Positions 8,701 through 15,028 of a DNA stretch of 19,840 nucleotides are shown piece after piece; positions within the stretch are counted from its first letter, which is position 1; each line of letters opens with the position of its first letter. This DNA is from Candidatus Dojkabacteria bacterium (lineage in GTDB: Bacteria; Patescibacteriota; Dojkabacteria; SC72; WJKH01). The position numbers and the translations under genes are program-made. The notes beneath the pieces were generated by a model that had not been told where the DNA came from, searched no databases, and saw only the letters and a list, made by a program, of their open reading frames with translations. The DNA is taken from NCBI GenBank assembly GCA_014729235.1, contig WJKH01000007.1:1-19840 (forward strand), given 5' to 3'.

Positions 8701-9111
8701 GAAGTTCTTGATGATGACCAAGTACTTAAAAAAGGAGATCAATATAAAGTCAGAGCTTATGTTGCTTTGACTGACACATCAGAGCCTTATCGACCGACTG
8801 AGATTCGGATCCCAGTTGCTGCCGGATTAACTCCTGTGAATTTTAATTTGGCTCCTACTGCATCAGATTCAATGAAGGATGAGCTATACCAGCTTTCGAG
8901 TGAGTTTGACAATGCAGAGTATCTGAGTAATGAGGTCGTGTTTTACGCTGGAAGTGGCTACGACGGATTGAAGCCCGGGTTTAAACAGTATGAATTTTAT
9001 GTAAACGCTACAAACAGAGGGAGATTTACGGTTCCGGGAGGTAATGTTCAAGAGATGTATTTGCCCGGACGTAGTTCTATTCAGGATAGCAATGTAATAT
9101 ATATTCAGTAA
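2755..9111 (+). CDS. Giant membrane-anchored alpha-2-macroglobulin family protein with a thioester motif (yfhM/ECAM-like)
   Basis: 2118-aa ORF. MG2-like 'YIDKPIYRVGDTLHAKFF..EYGTAHGKFKLTDEFKPGEYSI' and 'FQPLRYTFNV...ANYYFGEPLANAEVEV'. 'LVAAVDKAVLDLS' is A2M_N_2-like. 'FEDVAVWLPEV...STPDNLTTWQLVVLGISKSG' is the A2M domain signature. The thioester-type motif 'NLCSEQTSS' has CSEQ at 7705..7716. The TED-like repeat is 'FDGGWSYWG'. There is a single N-terminal TM (residues ~91-110, nt 3025..3084) and no Cys lipobox. Confidence 0.88.
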   Translation: MSEKNKSKNSKQKIIQIRIDLKKLRALWDRIKTWAKQVFEYWSDHFKFFTQKSNWNRKTLIKRFKLIISEAGDALTKTYNEFKLFWKNLSSILKGLIVAVFILILSLSAFRAAKKLYSVAKYSLRPELIAASIYNNETNVDPEEVIYFDFSKKIGQNWFEKVFTAENEGSYKIIPGDSANRVGVIAEGGWLPDKEYTLNLDSDYFKKSHIINFTTVSSPKIVANNLSSHILPGHTFLFAYNQEVFNKSGSGESETQVPEDFIKFEPAVSGKTEVLSPSMIRFTPDKPLEARNYKLSLGSQELIGSTGLHQTNFFESDFIVTAETESSSSERRSHDVELIINETRNVREDTNDPVYILLNQDIDRKLFSEKLSFRFEEDTETGAKIDLPGIKEVKYYFISAEEADDKFKYYISPGHKQFLVAEVIPDSPWSKAEAQIQLVIAPGISLINGSGKTEKEKYRRIDVKEDIKYVRTNLANVEEYEDWYRTARFAFNNELIHSDEEIQNLVRVYDKNGVVVPLQKLRVVNWTGEIVFTDILSPGEEYTIVFSRNITDVFGSRLDKDVSVDFTYPRILKPDANGKFVSIFGTDFAMVDNSVPHQIYLRSRGYEEVYVEFARIHPEEAIEILEADSVEIAGQKAATAGQVVKYDTKPFHDVKFEEGSGINDTSLEFQYEIKDIPDGLYIARVQSMDGEHRDYKIMSFTTASALLKVSRPEDELFVWLSDLRDGKPISGKSLKLRSKNSELGSLETNKSGVSIFRDFIDKSDYEIKSYDDLYVFSPDGSIFTSTDFDNTMNPRAFLDRDEVATNPMYNLSKDVFTYIDKPIYRVGDTLHAKFFLRDLADNQNLPYIGEFEVTIEKYSDDKPKISRIYNTNEYGTAHGKFKLTDEFKPGEYSICVHGYRHCERFLLQEFQPLRYTFNVNKDSRKTYKPSDTVELGVDANYYFGEPLANAEVEVNLFVRDDYFTDFYSLDEEAFPVDDFSKYSLHLRDIWDDDYEYYDSLKIGTYFGRTDSNGKLSVKLPFDVPEPYASQNPKLLSIEVAVTDELGEKQYRTLYGKVLPKGGMIGLFDSDPVVEEGQTFFYEFEALYIDEYLNPKSSAPVEFSLYRVEYSQVRSQLINRDYYWENVSNEVLEDRVVVNTDSDGKAVAKLTPKSVDENTDYYIVAKSLSYPNVVNRRMKYGYHKYWSDLYDTYNSEQMLEIDTDKGSYKLGDTAQLAPKIDSGKYVGLLTYERKGIVEYKVIDFRSDNYRNDLKLEISDDIKPNIFASLYAFTPHDSGSEFIDYRFGVVQIKVDEPELLREINVTYDKESYLAGETVTVNIDNPGVEEQTEYLVAAVDKAVLDLSLVGHYPNVLEMMKEDLWESWNLGIASSSNITEYENKLINEIAWGNKGGAAGGGGGGYYSLEQEDIRNKFEDVAVWLPEVSSETGDAQISFSTPDNLTTWQLVVLGISKSGAISAQKAEFRVSKDVNIISQIPDKMYLDDEIEISVNPIIDSEFVQRNLNSGLKVEVTVDSGTIECGQNYVRDTERVDQVLAEEIQSTPSQSCLIEREHSDFPLPVIYRPSEVGKTSIRMTVGTEEKAYDSLEREIEIIPQSNQNTIISYGDTLNDNNISVKFPDRAYDKSLTVNFTNDVIGDLEFSREFFYNYQNLCSEQTSSTILGLLPGIDQNDEYRQKAQQMVDYLTQMQNFDGGWSYWGEGSSRVYNSAYVVYALSKAKASGLDVPDATLANGIDFLNDQHDDYTVTHLNETFMRYVLSESGKFDFSRIDSRYRRIGRNSSTIETHALFLGIYNNYLNSDEIQLGQRALVKERIREIETYLLDNLIVRNQTAKWGEAQEFEEFWDFYRNDTKVTALTLDIMLDSMGGDESLIPVVNYLKTELQTKKLGTLSMYYVIDALENAKEKYDFSSKYVREVEINGVTYNNFEITESGRQLTIPLDNEVKQLGITAVSQEGKLVYFDAKADYKVALADQPESDSGAAIYVEVLDDDQVLKKGDQYKVRAYVALTDTSEPYRPTEIRIPVAAGLTPVNFNLAPTASDSMKDELYQLSSEFDNAEYLSNEVVFYAGSGYDGLKPGFKQYEFYVNATNRGRFTVPGGNVQEMYLPGRSSIQDSNVIYIQ

Positions 9112-10427
9112 TGAAATTAAAAAATTCTGCCCAAAATCTGATTTCAAAGCTTTTCAGGGGTGGGGACAAAATTCCGAATCGTTCCCGCCTCCCTGGTAAG
9201 CCTTCAAAAACTCGCCAAGCGTTGGATCGCGCGCCCAAAATAACACTTCCAAAAGGTTTTAAGTCAAAAGAGCCCAGATTTGTTGGTGATGATCCCAATC
9301 CTAAGCTTATAAAAAAGATTCGTAGAAAGTTATCCGGTATCTCAACGAAAAAAATTGTTCCATTGTCTCTACTGTTATTGATCTTGGTATTTTCAGGCTT
9401 AATTCTAAAAAGTCTCGGAGTTTTTACAATTGATGAAGTGGAGATTACGTATGATGGCAGTCCAGACGCTAAGTTTACTGACGTCAAAGAGTATGAAGTC
9501 AGGGGAAGAATGTATGGTCTGAACTACTTTTCTGTAAATCTCGACAAGATTGTGTCGGAACTGGAAGCAACAAAACCATCCATAGACTACGTTATTGCTG
9601 AGAAAATATTTCCGCGAAAAGTTGAAATCAAGATTTTTGAAAGTGATCCACGACTCACATTAAACGTAAATGACTCAGTATGTGCTGTCGTAGATGACTC
9701 AAATCTTGTTCTAAATCATATAAAGTTCGCACATAAAAATGCAGAAGACAGTGATCAAGCAGCAGATAATGATAATAACGGTACCCAAACGGGCCACTCT
9801 CAAGAAGTTGAGGATTATTTGAGAATTGATCAGGAACAGGAAATTTCAGTAGAAGAATCAGAGTCTACTGAAGATGAGCAAGTGTCATTTTTGGAGCTGC
9901 CAGATGACAGTACCAGGATCGAATTAGAACAGGATGATCCGATAGGACAAGAATCAGAACTGGAACAAGTAGGAGATGAAAACGCTTTGCTCGACGAAGA
10001 TAGCGCAATGAGCGCTGAAGCCGAGTCACTCATCATATCTGAAGTAGCAGGATTCTATCCCCCTGAATTTAGTAATTTTGATAGCTGCAAAGATGTGGCA
10101 GATTTTTATGGTACTGAGTATGTGAGACTGATCAATAGCAAGTTGTCTTATGAGATTGGGCAGCAAAGTAACAATTATTTTGACACACAAATTAATAAAA
10201 TTCTTGAGACATTCGAAAAATATAATATCACTATTACTGATTTTTCAGTTGCAAATGAGATTTGCTCAATTGAAGATGATCATGGATCGATTTTTCTCAT
10301 TGCTCTCAACGGAGATGTTGAGTTGCAGTTGCGCAGACTTGAAATAATTCAGCAGCATTTCATCAGTGATTCAAACAGGTATAAAATTGTTGACTTACGC
10401 TATAAAAGACCTGTGTTGAGCAAATAG
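9111..10427 (+). CDS. ftsQ: FtsQ/DivIB-like cell division protein (TM plus POTRA-like domain) with a large acidic insertion
   Basis: It sits immediately upstream of ftsA-ftsZ. It has a basic cytoplasmic N-terminus and a TM 'IVPLSLLLLILVFSGLILKSLGVF', followed by a POTRA-like 'IDEVEITYDG...NYFSVNLDKIVSELEATKPSIDYVIAEKIFPRKVEIKIFESDP'. The ATG overlaps the upstream TAA (TAATG at 9109..9113). Sequence similarity is weak, so the call rests partly on synteny. Confidence 0.65.
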   Translation: MKLKNSAQNLISKLFRGGDKIPNRSRLPGKPSKTRQALDRAPKITLPKGFKSKEPRFVGDDPNPKLIKKIRRKLSGISTKKIVPLSLLLLILVFSGLILKSLGVFTIDEVEITYDGSPDAKFTDVKEYEVRGRMYGLNYFSVNLDKIVSELEATKPSIDYVIAEKIFPRKVEIKIFESDPRLTLNVNDSVCAVVDDSNLVLNHIKFAHKNAEDSDQAADNDNNGTQTGHSQEVEDYLRIDQEQEISVEESESTEDEQVSFLELPDDSTRIELEQDDPIGQESELEQVGDENALLDEDSAMSAEAESLIISEVAGFYPPEFSNFDSCKDVADFYGTEYVRLINSKLSYEIGQQSNNYFDTQINKILETFEKYNITITDFSVANEICSIEDDHGSIFLIALNGDVELQLRRLEIIQQHFISDSNRYKIVDLRYKRPVLSK

Positions 10428-10504
10428 CCGCAGTCAGTTCCGCTTTTATCCGAATAGTAGCTAATTTGCTTGAGATTTATAACCAAATTTGTTATATAAT
10501 AGAG

Positions 10505-10532
10505 TTGACATTTATGATTACTTTCTTATATA
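10505..10532 (+). promoter_or_regulatory. Candidate sigma70-type promoter for ftsA-ftsZ
   Basis: Consensus TTGACA (10505..10510), a 16-nt spacer, then TATATA (10527..10532). It lies in the 152-nt ftsQ-ftsA intergenic region. A weaker alternative is TTGAGA (10470..10475), 19 nt, then TATAAT (10495..10500). Confidence 0.45.
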
Positions 10533-10579
10533 GTGGATTCAGGCATTACCTTAGTTAAATCTTTTTACTTCTCAGTATT

Positions 10580-11896
10580 ATGGCACGACGAATAGTTACA
10601 GCAATTGATGTTGGATCGAGAAAAATTACAACAGTGATTGCTTCAGTTGATGATGGAGAAAAGCGTCCAACAGTTATCGGAGTTTTTACTCATACCAGTA
10701 CCGGAGTGAAAAAAGGGACAATTGTTAATATTGAAGAAGCGACAGATTCTATCTCAGAAAGTGTTACAGCTGCTGAAAAGATGGCAGGCATAACAGTTTC
10801 TGATGTTTATGTAACGATCAATGGGGAGCAAATAACAAGTATCAATAATAAGGGTGTCGTAGCTGTTGCTGCTGGCAATGAGATTACTATTGACGATACT
10901 ATGCGTGCTATTGAAAATGCAAAAACCCTTTCACTTCCACAGAACATCAATCCGATCCATATAATCCCACGTGAATTTGTAGTCGATAATCAGGGCGGCA
11001 TCAAATATCCGATTGGTATGACTGGAATGAGACTTGAGGTTGAAACGCACATAATTACTGCACCTATGTCTTCATGGCAAAATCTTGTTAAGTGTGTTCA
11101 GCAATTAGGTCTTACCGTAAATGATATTGTTTTTACTGGTTGGGCTTCATCACTTGCTGTCTTGACTGATACAGAAAAAGAGCTTGGAGTAGCAATGCTT
11201 GATATCGGCTCCGGAACTACAAGTATTTCGATTTTTCAAGAGGGTTCAATTGCCTATAGCAGTTGTGTTCCTCTGGGCGGGCAGAGTATTACGAGTGATA
11301 TAGCAATCGGATTGCAGGTGGCATTGGAGGATGCTGAACGGATTAAGGTAAATCTTGATAAGATTTTCTCTCCAAAGACACAAGACCCACGCAAGGATAA
11401 GACTCCGGCACTCCTCAGAAAGAAGGAAGAAGTACGTAAGTCTATGAAAGATGATTCTGAAGATATGGTTGATATATCAGCACTTGGGATTCAGAGTAAA
11501 GACAGGATTTCCAAAAAAATGCTGAAACAGATAATTGAAGCCAGGCTTGATGAGATATTTGATATTGTCAAAGAGAATGTTTCGCAAGCCGGTTATGAAG
11601 TCGCTATGCCTGCCGGTATTGTTGTAACCGGAGGGACTTCGCTTTTACAGGATGTTACGAAAGTGGCTGAAGGCAAATTTGGTGTTCCTGTTCGAGCAGG
11701 TTATCCAACAGGACTTTCAGGTATGATAGAGGAGATCTCAGATCCTTCATATTCGGCTGTTCAGGGATTGGTGAAACATGCAATGGATGATGAAATTGAG
11801 TTGGATGCCGGAGTTGGCTCCGGTCAAGGACCTTTAGGCAATGTCGGTGGCGCACTTGGCAAAGCTCTTTCCTGGCTGAGATCGCTGCTTCCTTAA
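10580..11896 (+). CDS. ftsA: Cell division protein FtsA (actin-like ATPase)
   Basis: 'TAIDVGSRKITTVIA', 'MLDIGSGTTSISIF', 'PLGGQSITSDIA' and 'VVTGGTSLLQ' are actin-fold phosphate/adenosine motifs. The C-terminal amphipathic helix is 'LGKALSWLRSLLP'. It lies directly upstream of ftsZ. Confidence 0.93.
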   Translation: MARRIVTAIDVGSRKITTVIASVDDGEKRPTVIGVFTHTSTGVKKGTIVNIEEATDSISESVTAAEKMAGITVSDVYVTINGEQITSINNKGVVAVAAGNEITIDDTMRAIENAKTLSLPQNINPIHIIPREFVVDNQGGIKYPIGMTGMRLEVETHIITAPMSSWQNLVKCVQQLGLTVNDIVFTGWASSLAVLTDTEKELGVAMLDIGSGTTSISIFQEGSIAYSSCVPLGGQSITSDIAIGLQVALEDAERIKVNLDKIFSPKTQDPRKDKTPALLRKKEEVRKSMKDDSEDMVDISALGIQSKDRISKKMLKQIIEARLDEIFDIVKENVSQAGYEVAMPAGIVVTGGTSLLQDVTKVAEGKFGVPVRAGYPTGLSGMIEEISDPSYSAVQGLVKHAMDDEIELDAGVGSGQGPLGNVGGALGKALSWLRSLLP

Positions 11897-11930
11897 TTTG
11901 TAGCATAATATAAGTTTATTTGATCTTAAT

Positions 11931-13109
11931 ATGTTAGTTACACCTACAATAGAACCCATCGCTAAACTCAAGGTAATCGGCCTCGGAGGTGCCGGTGGCA
12001 ATGCCGTTAATACTATGATTTCCGATTATAGTATTGAAGGGGTTGAATTTATGGCCTTCAATTCTGATCAGCAGGCTTTAAAGAATTCACTTGCTCCTAT
12101 TACTTTACAACTTGGCGAAGAGCTCACAAGAGGTCTTGGTGTAGGTGGAGACCATGTTTTAGGTGCTCAGGCTGCTGAAGAAAGTCTCGATGAGATTCAT
12201 GAATATCTCGCCGGTTCTGATATGGTTTTCCTGACTGCCGGAATGGGAGGTGGTACTGGGACAGGTTCAATTCCTGTTGTAGCTGGAGTATCCGGAAATT
12301 TGGGTGCATTGACAGTAGCTGTTGTTACCAAGCCTTTTAATTTTGAGGGAAGAAAGCGTCTGGAAGTTGCAGAAGAAGGAATTGCTGCACTAAAGGATAA
12401 AGTTGACACATTGATTGTTGTTCCTAACCAACGACTTCTGGATATTATTGATACGGATATCTCTTTTCTTGATGCAATGAAGAAAGTTGATAATGTATTG
12501 GCTGAGGGTGTCAAAAGTATAACAAGCCTTGTAACTCAGACAGGCTTTATTAATGTTGATTTTGCTGATGTTAAATCAGTCATGAGCAGTGCAGGTACTT
12601 CACTCATGGGTATTGGGAAAGCTAAAGGTGAAGGTAGAGCCGAAGAGGCAGCACGTATGGCTACTCAGAGTCCTTTGCTGGATATGTCGATAGAAGGTGC
12701 TACCGGGGTTCTATTCAATGTTATCGGTGGCGTTGATATGTCTATGAAGGAGGTTGATCTTTCAGCTGAATTGATTTCTGATGCGGTTGATCCAAATGCA
12801 AACATAATCTTTGGAGCCACAATTGATGAGAGCCTATCCGATGAAATTGTCATTACAATAGTTGCTACGGGGTTTGATGAAACAAAGAGGCCAATGTCGG
12901 CTTCAAATTCCAGCAAATCATCACAAAGCAATGACGATGATGATTCTGATGACAAGAGAAAATCATCTGTTTCTATTGATGATTTTGATCTTGGAGATTC
13001 AAATTCTTCAGCACCTGAAAAGCCAGCACCAACGAAATCTAAAGATGGAGATGGCGATTCCGATAAAAAAGATCTCGAGATCCCGGCCTTTCTGAGGCGC
13101 GGCAAGTAA
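11931..13109 (+). CDS. ftsZ: Cell division GTPase FtsZ
   Basis: 'KVIGLGGAGGNAVN', tubulin signature 'GMGGGTGTGS' and 'KPFNFEGRKR'. A disordered acidic/Ser-rich linker is followed by the conserved C-terminal peptide 'DLEIPAFLRRGK'. Confidence 0.97.
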   Translation: MLVTPTIEPIAKLKVIGLGGAGGNAVNTMISDYSIEGVEFMAFNSDQQALKNSLAPITLQLGEELTRGLGVGGDHVLGAQAAEESLDEIHEYLAGSDMVFLTAGMGGGTGTGSIPVVAGVSGNLGALTVAVVTKPFNFEGRKRLEVAEEGIAALKDKVDTLIVVPNQRLLDIIDTDISFLDAMKKVDNVLAEGVKSITSLVTQTGFINVDFADVKSVMSSAGTSLMGIGKAKGEGRAEEAARMATQSPLLDMSIEGATGVLFNVIGGVDMSMKEVDLSAELISDAVDPNANIIFGATIDESLSDEIVITIVATGFDETKRPMSASNSSKSSQSNDDDDSDDKRKSSVSIDDFDLGDSNSSAPEKPAPTKSKDGDGDSDKKDLEIPAFLRRGK

Positions 13110-13137
13110 TCCTCTTTAGTTTATAGAGGTCTATCAA

Positions 13138-13401
13138 ATGAGCAGTAATCGTAAGCAAGAAAGCAAGCTGCTTTCAGTATTAAAAGAGAACTGGCTTCTG
13201 CTTTTTGCAATTCTATACATAATTTCTCCGATTGACGTAATTCCGGACTGGATACCTGTGGCTGGGCAAGGTGATGATGCGCTGGTTCTTATTATTGAGT
13301 TAATAAATCAACTTCGAAAATTTAAACAGAAGCGCGCTTCCAAGGTTATTGATGGTGAAATAGAGTCTTCTGAAAGCATCCAACATGATCAAAAAACTTG
13401 A
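13138..13401 (+). CDS. DUF1232 (YkvA-like) small membrane protein
   Basis: 87 aa. 'ISPIDVIPDWIPVAGQGDDALVL' matches the DUF1232 hallmark (P-x-D-x-I-P-D-x-I-P-x-x-G-x-x-DD). AGAGG lies 8 nt upstream of the ATG. The 3' end overlaps the next gene by 17 nt. Confidence 0.7.
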   Translation: MSSNRKQESKLLSVLKENWLLLFAILYIISPIDVIPDWIPVAGQGDDALVLIIELINQLRKFKQKRASKVIDGEIESSESIQHDQKT

Positions 13402-14617
13402 TCTAAAAAGAGTAATCCCTGTTTTTCTGATCTCGATCATTGGCCTTGTGGCTTTGGTTTCAACAGAAATTAGTGATTCAGGGCAAATTGTAATAACGGC
13501 TATTATTTGGAAACAATTATCCTTTATGGTAGCTGGCTTTTTGATTTACAAAATTGTTTCACGGCTCGATTATACTTATCTTAAGCATATTCAGGTATCA
13601 CTCGTATTATATTTGCTTGTGTTGCTGGGGCTAATACTTACTCTGTTCTTTGGTCCTGTGAGACATAATGCCCGAAGATGGCTTGTGCTCGCCGGTATCC
13701 AGATTCAACCCTCAGAATTTGCAAAGCTAACCATCATTATTTTGACGTTGTCGCTGCTGTCACTGAGAGATAAATTCAATCAGTGGCTTTTGGTCTTTGT
13801 TTCGGGTCTATTTGCGTTAATATATGTAATTTTAATATATTTGCAGCCTCACGGCAGTATGGCATTAATAATAATGGCACTATGGGCTGTAAGTGTCTTC
13901 ACCGTTTTGCCAAAACAATTCCAAAACATGCTGGCAGGAGTGATATTCATAATTTCTTTTGTCTCCGGAATTATATTAAATCAAATGTCTATTATTGTCC
14001 TGATAGTCTCGGCAATCTTGTCAGGATTATTTGCGTATTTATCAAAAGTAAATAAATATCTGCTTATTGTCGTACTTGTAATCGGTGCTGTTATGGGATT
14101 ATTATTTAATCGATTTTCCTCAGAAATTTTTGTTTTTCAACACCAGAGAGAACGTATTGAAGCGTATTTAAGCAATTCATCAGAAAATGAGGCCGAATTG
14201 TTCAATGTTAACCAATCACAGATAGCGATAGGGTCCGGAAAGCTTTGGGGCAAGGGATTTGGTTTTGGTACGCAAAGTAAATTACGATTTTTGCCCGAAC
14301 ATCAAACTGACTTTATATTTGCTTCATATGCTGAGGAGTTCGGTCTGGTTGGTGTTGTGTTTCTTATAGGCTGCTATGGAGTTTTAATCTTCAATATTTT
14401 AAACGATGGTTTTGAGGTGGCTGACCACTTTGGAGCAGCTCTTGTAGAGATATTAGGTTTTAAAATCATGCTTGAAGTATTTATCAATATCGGTACTAAC
14501 ACAGGGATTATTCCTGCTACCGGAATTCCACTGCCTTTGTTTAGTGCTGGAGGCAGTATAACGCTTGCAACGTTTATCACTCTTGGAATGATTCAGGCTG
14601 TAATATTAAAAGATTGA
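13385..14617 (+). CDS. ftsW: SEDS-family peptidoglycan glycosyltransferase (FtsW/RodA/SpoVE); called FtsW from context
   Basis: Polytopic membrane protein carrying 'IQPSEFAKL', 'LPEHQTDFIFASYAEEFG' and 'IPATGIPLPLFSAGGS', all SEDS family signatures. It is adjacent to ftsZ. FtsW and RodA cannot be told apart from sequence alone. Confidence 0.88.
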   Translation: MIKKLDLKRVIPVFLISIIGLVALVSTEISDSGQIVITAIIWKQLSFMVAGFLIYKIVSRLDYTYLKHIQVSLVLYLLVLLGLILTLFFGPVRHNARRWLVLAGIQIQPSEFAKLTIIILTLSLLSLRDKFNQWLLVFVSGLFALIYVILIYLQPHGSMALIIMALWAVSVFTVLPKQFQNMLAGVIFIISFVSGIILNQMSIIVLIVSAILSGLFAYLSKVNKYLLIVVLVIGAVMGLLFNRFSSEIFVFQHQRERIEAYLSNSSENEAELFNVNQSQIAIGSGKLWGKGFGFGTQSKLRFLPEHQTDFIFASYAEEFGLVGVVFLIGCYGVLIFNILNDGFEVADHFGAALVEILGFKIMLEVFINIGTNTGIIPATGIPLPLFSAGGSITLATFITLGMIQAVILKD

Positions 14618-14642
14618 CAACTAAGTGATTATGATCTAAAAT
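14614..14642 (+). promoter_or_regulatory. Candidate sigma70-type promoter for rplU, overlapping the ftsW stop
   Basis: Consensus TTGACA (14614..14619), a 17-nt spacer, then TAAAAT (14637..14642). The rplU ATG at 14653 begins only 11 nt after the last base of the -10 box. Confidence 0.45.
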
Positions 14643-14652
14643 TAACGCAATT

Positions 14653-15015
14653 ATGGCAAAAACTACTGAAATAACAAAAAAAGTGAAAAAAGAGGAGAAG
14701 AGCACTGACTATGCAATTGTCAAGATGGCAGGGAAACAATTTAAAGTTTCTCCAGGTCAGGAGCTTGAAGTTAACAAAATTGACGCTAAAAAAGGCGACA
14801 AAATCGATATTGATGATGTTTTGTTAGTTAAAAAAGGTGACAAGGTGCAGATTGGGAAACCTGTTGTTGACGGTGCAAAAGTTACTTTTGAAGTGTTGGG
14901 ACAGAAACGTGGTGAAAAAGTGCGAACATTTAAATACAAGGCAAAGTCACGTTCCAGAAAGACACGAGGATCCAGACAGCACATAACTCAGCTAAAGGTA
15001 CTTAAGATACAATAA
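14653..15015 (+). CDS. rplU: 50S ribosomal protein L21
   Basis: 'YAIVKMAGKQFKVSPGQELEV' and 'GEKVRTFKYKAKSRSRKTRGSRQHITQLKV' align with canonical L21. It has a Lys/Glu-rich N-terminal extension of about 19 aa. Confidence 0.93.
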   Translation: MAKTTEITKKVKKEEKSTDYAIVKMAGKQFKVSPGQELEVNKIDAKKGDKIDIDDVLLVKKGDKVQIGKPVVDGAKVTFEVLGQKRGEKVRTFKYKAKSRSRKTRGSRQHITQLKVLKIQ

Positions 15016-15028
15016 TCTATCTTTTCAG

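Noticed and set aside
3148-8742. Multiple 65-114-aa ORFs inside the A2M gene on either strand (3148..3456, 3868..4065, 5408..5611, 5742..5942, 5804..6043, 6957..7301, 7462..7716, 8473..8742); similar ones at 206..409, 1248..1433, 8884..9147, 9830..10036, 10150..10347, 11655..11906, 12862..13095, 13783..14055, 14374..14580, 14757..14984, 15068..15328, 15725..15958 and 16742..17011
   Set aside because: All are nested in, or antisense to, much longer ORFs with clear family signatures. They have no motifs of their own, and such ORFs are expected by chance in AT-rich DNA.
9077-9487. 136-aa minus-strand ORF spanning the A2M/ftsQ junction
   Set aside because: It is antisense to the 3' end of the A2M gene and the 5' end of the ftsQ-like gene, with no recognisable motifs and no upstream signals. 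It is a shadow ORF.
12665-13105. 146-aa minus-strand ORF, plus the 105-aa ORF at 12197..12514 and the 61-aa ORF at 12124..12309, all opposite ftsZ
   Set aside because: They lie entirely antisense to a confidently identified ftsZ. Their composition is low-complexity, Ser/Pro-rich and mirrors the FtsZ linker. They are shadow ORFs.
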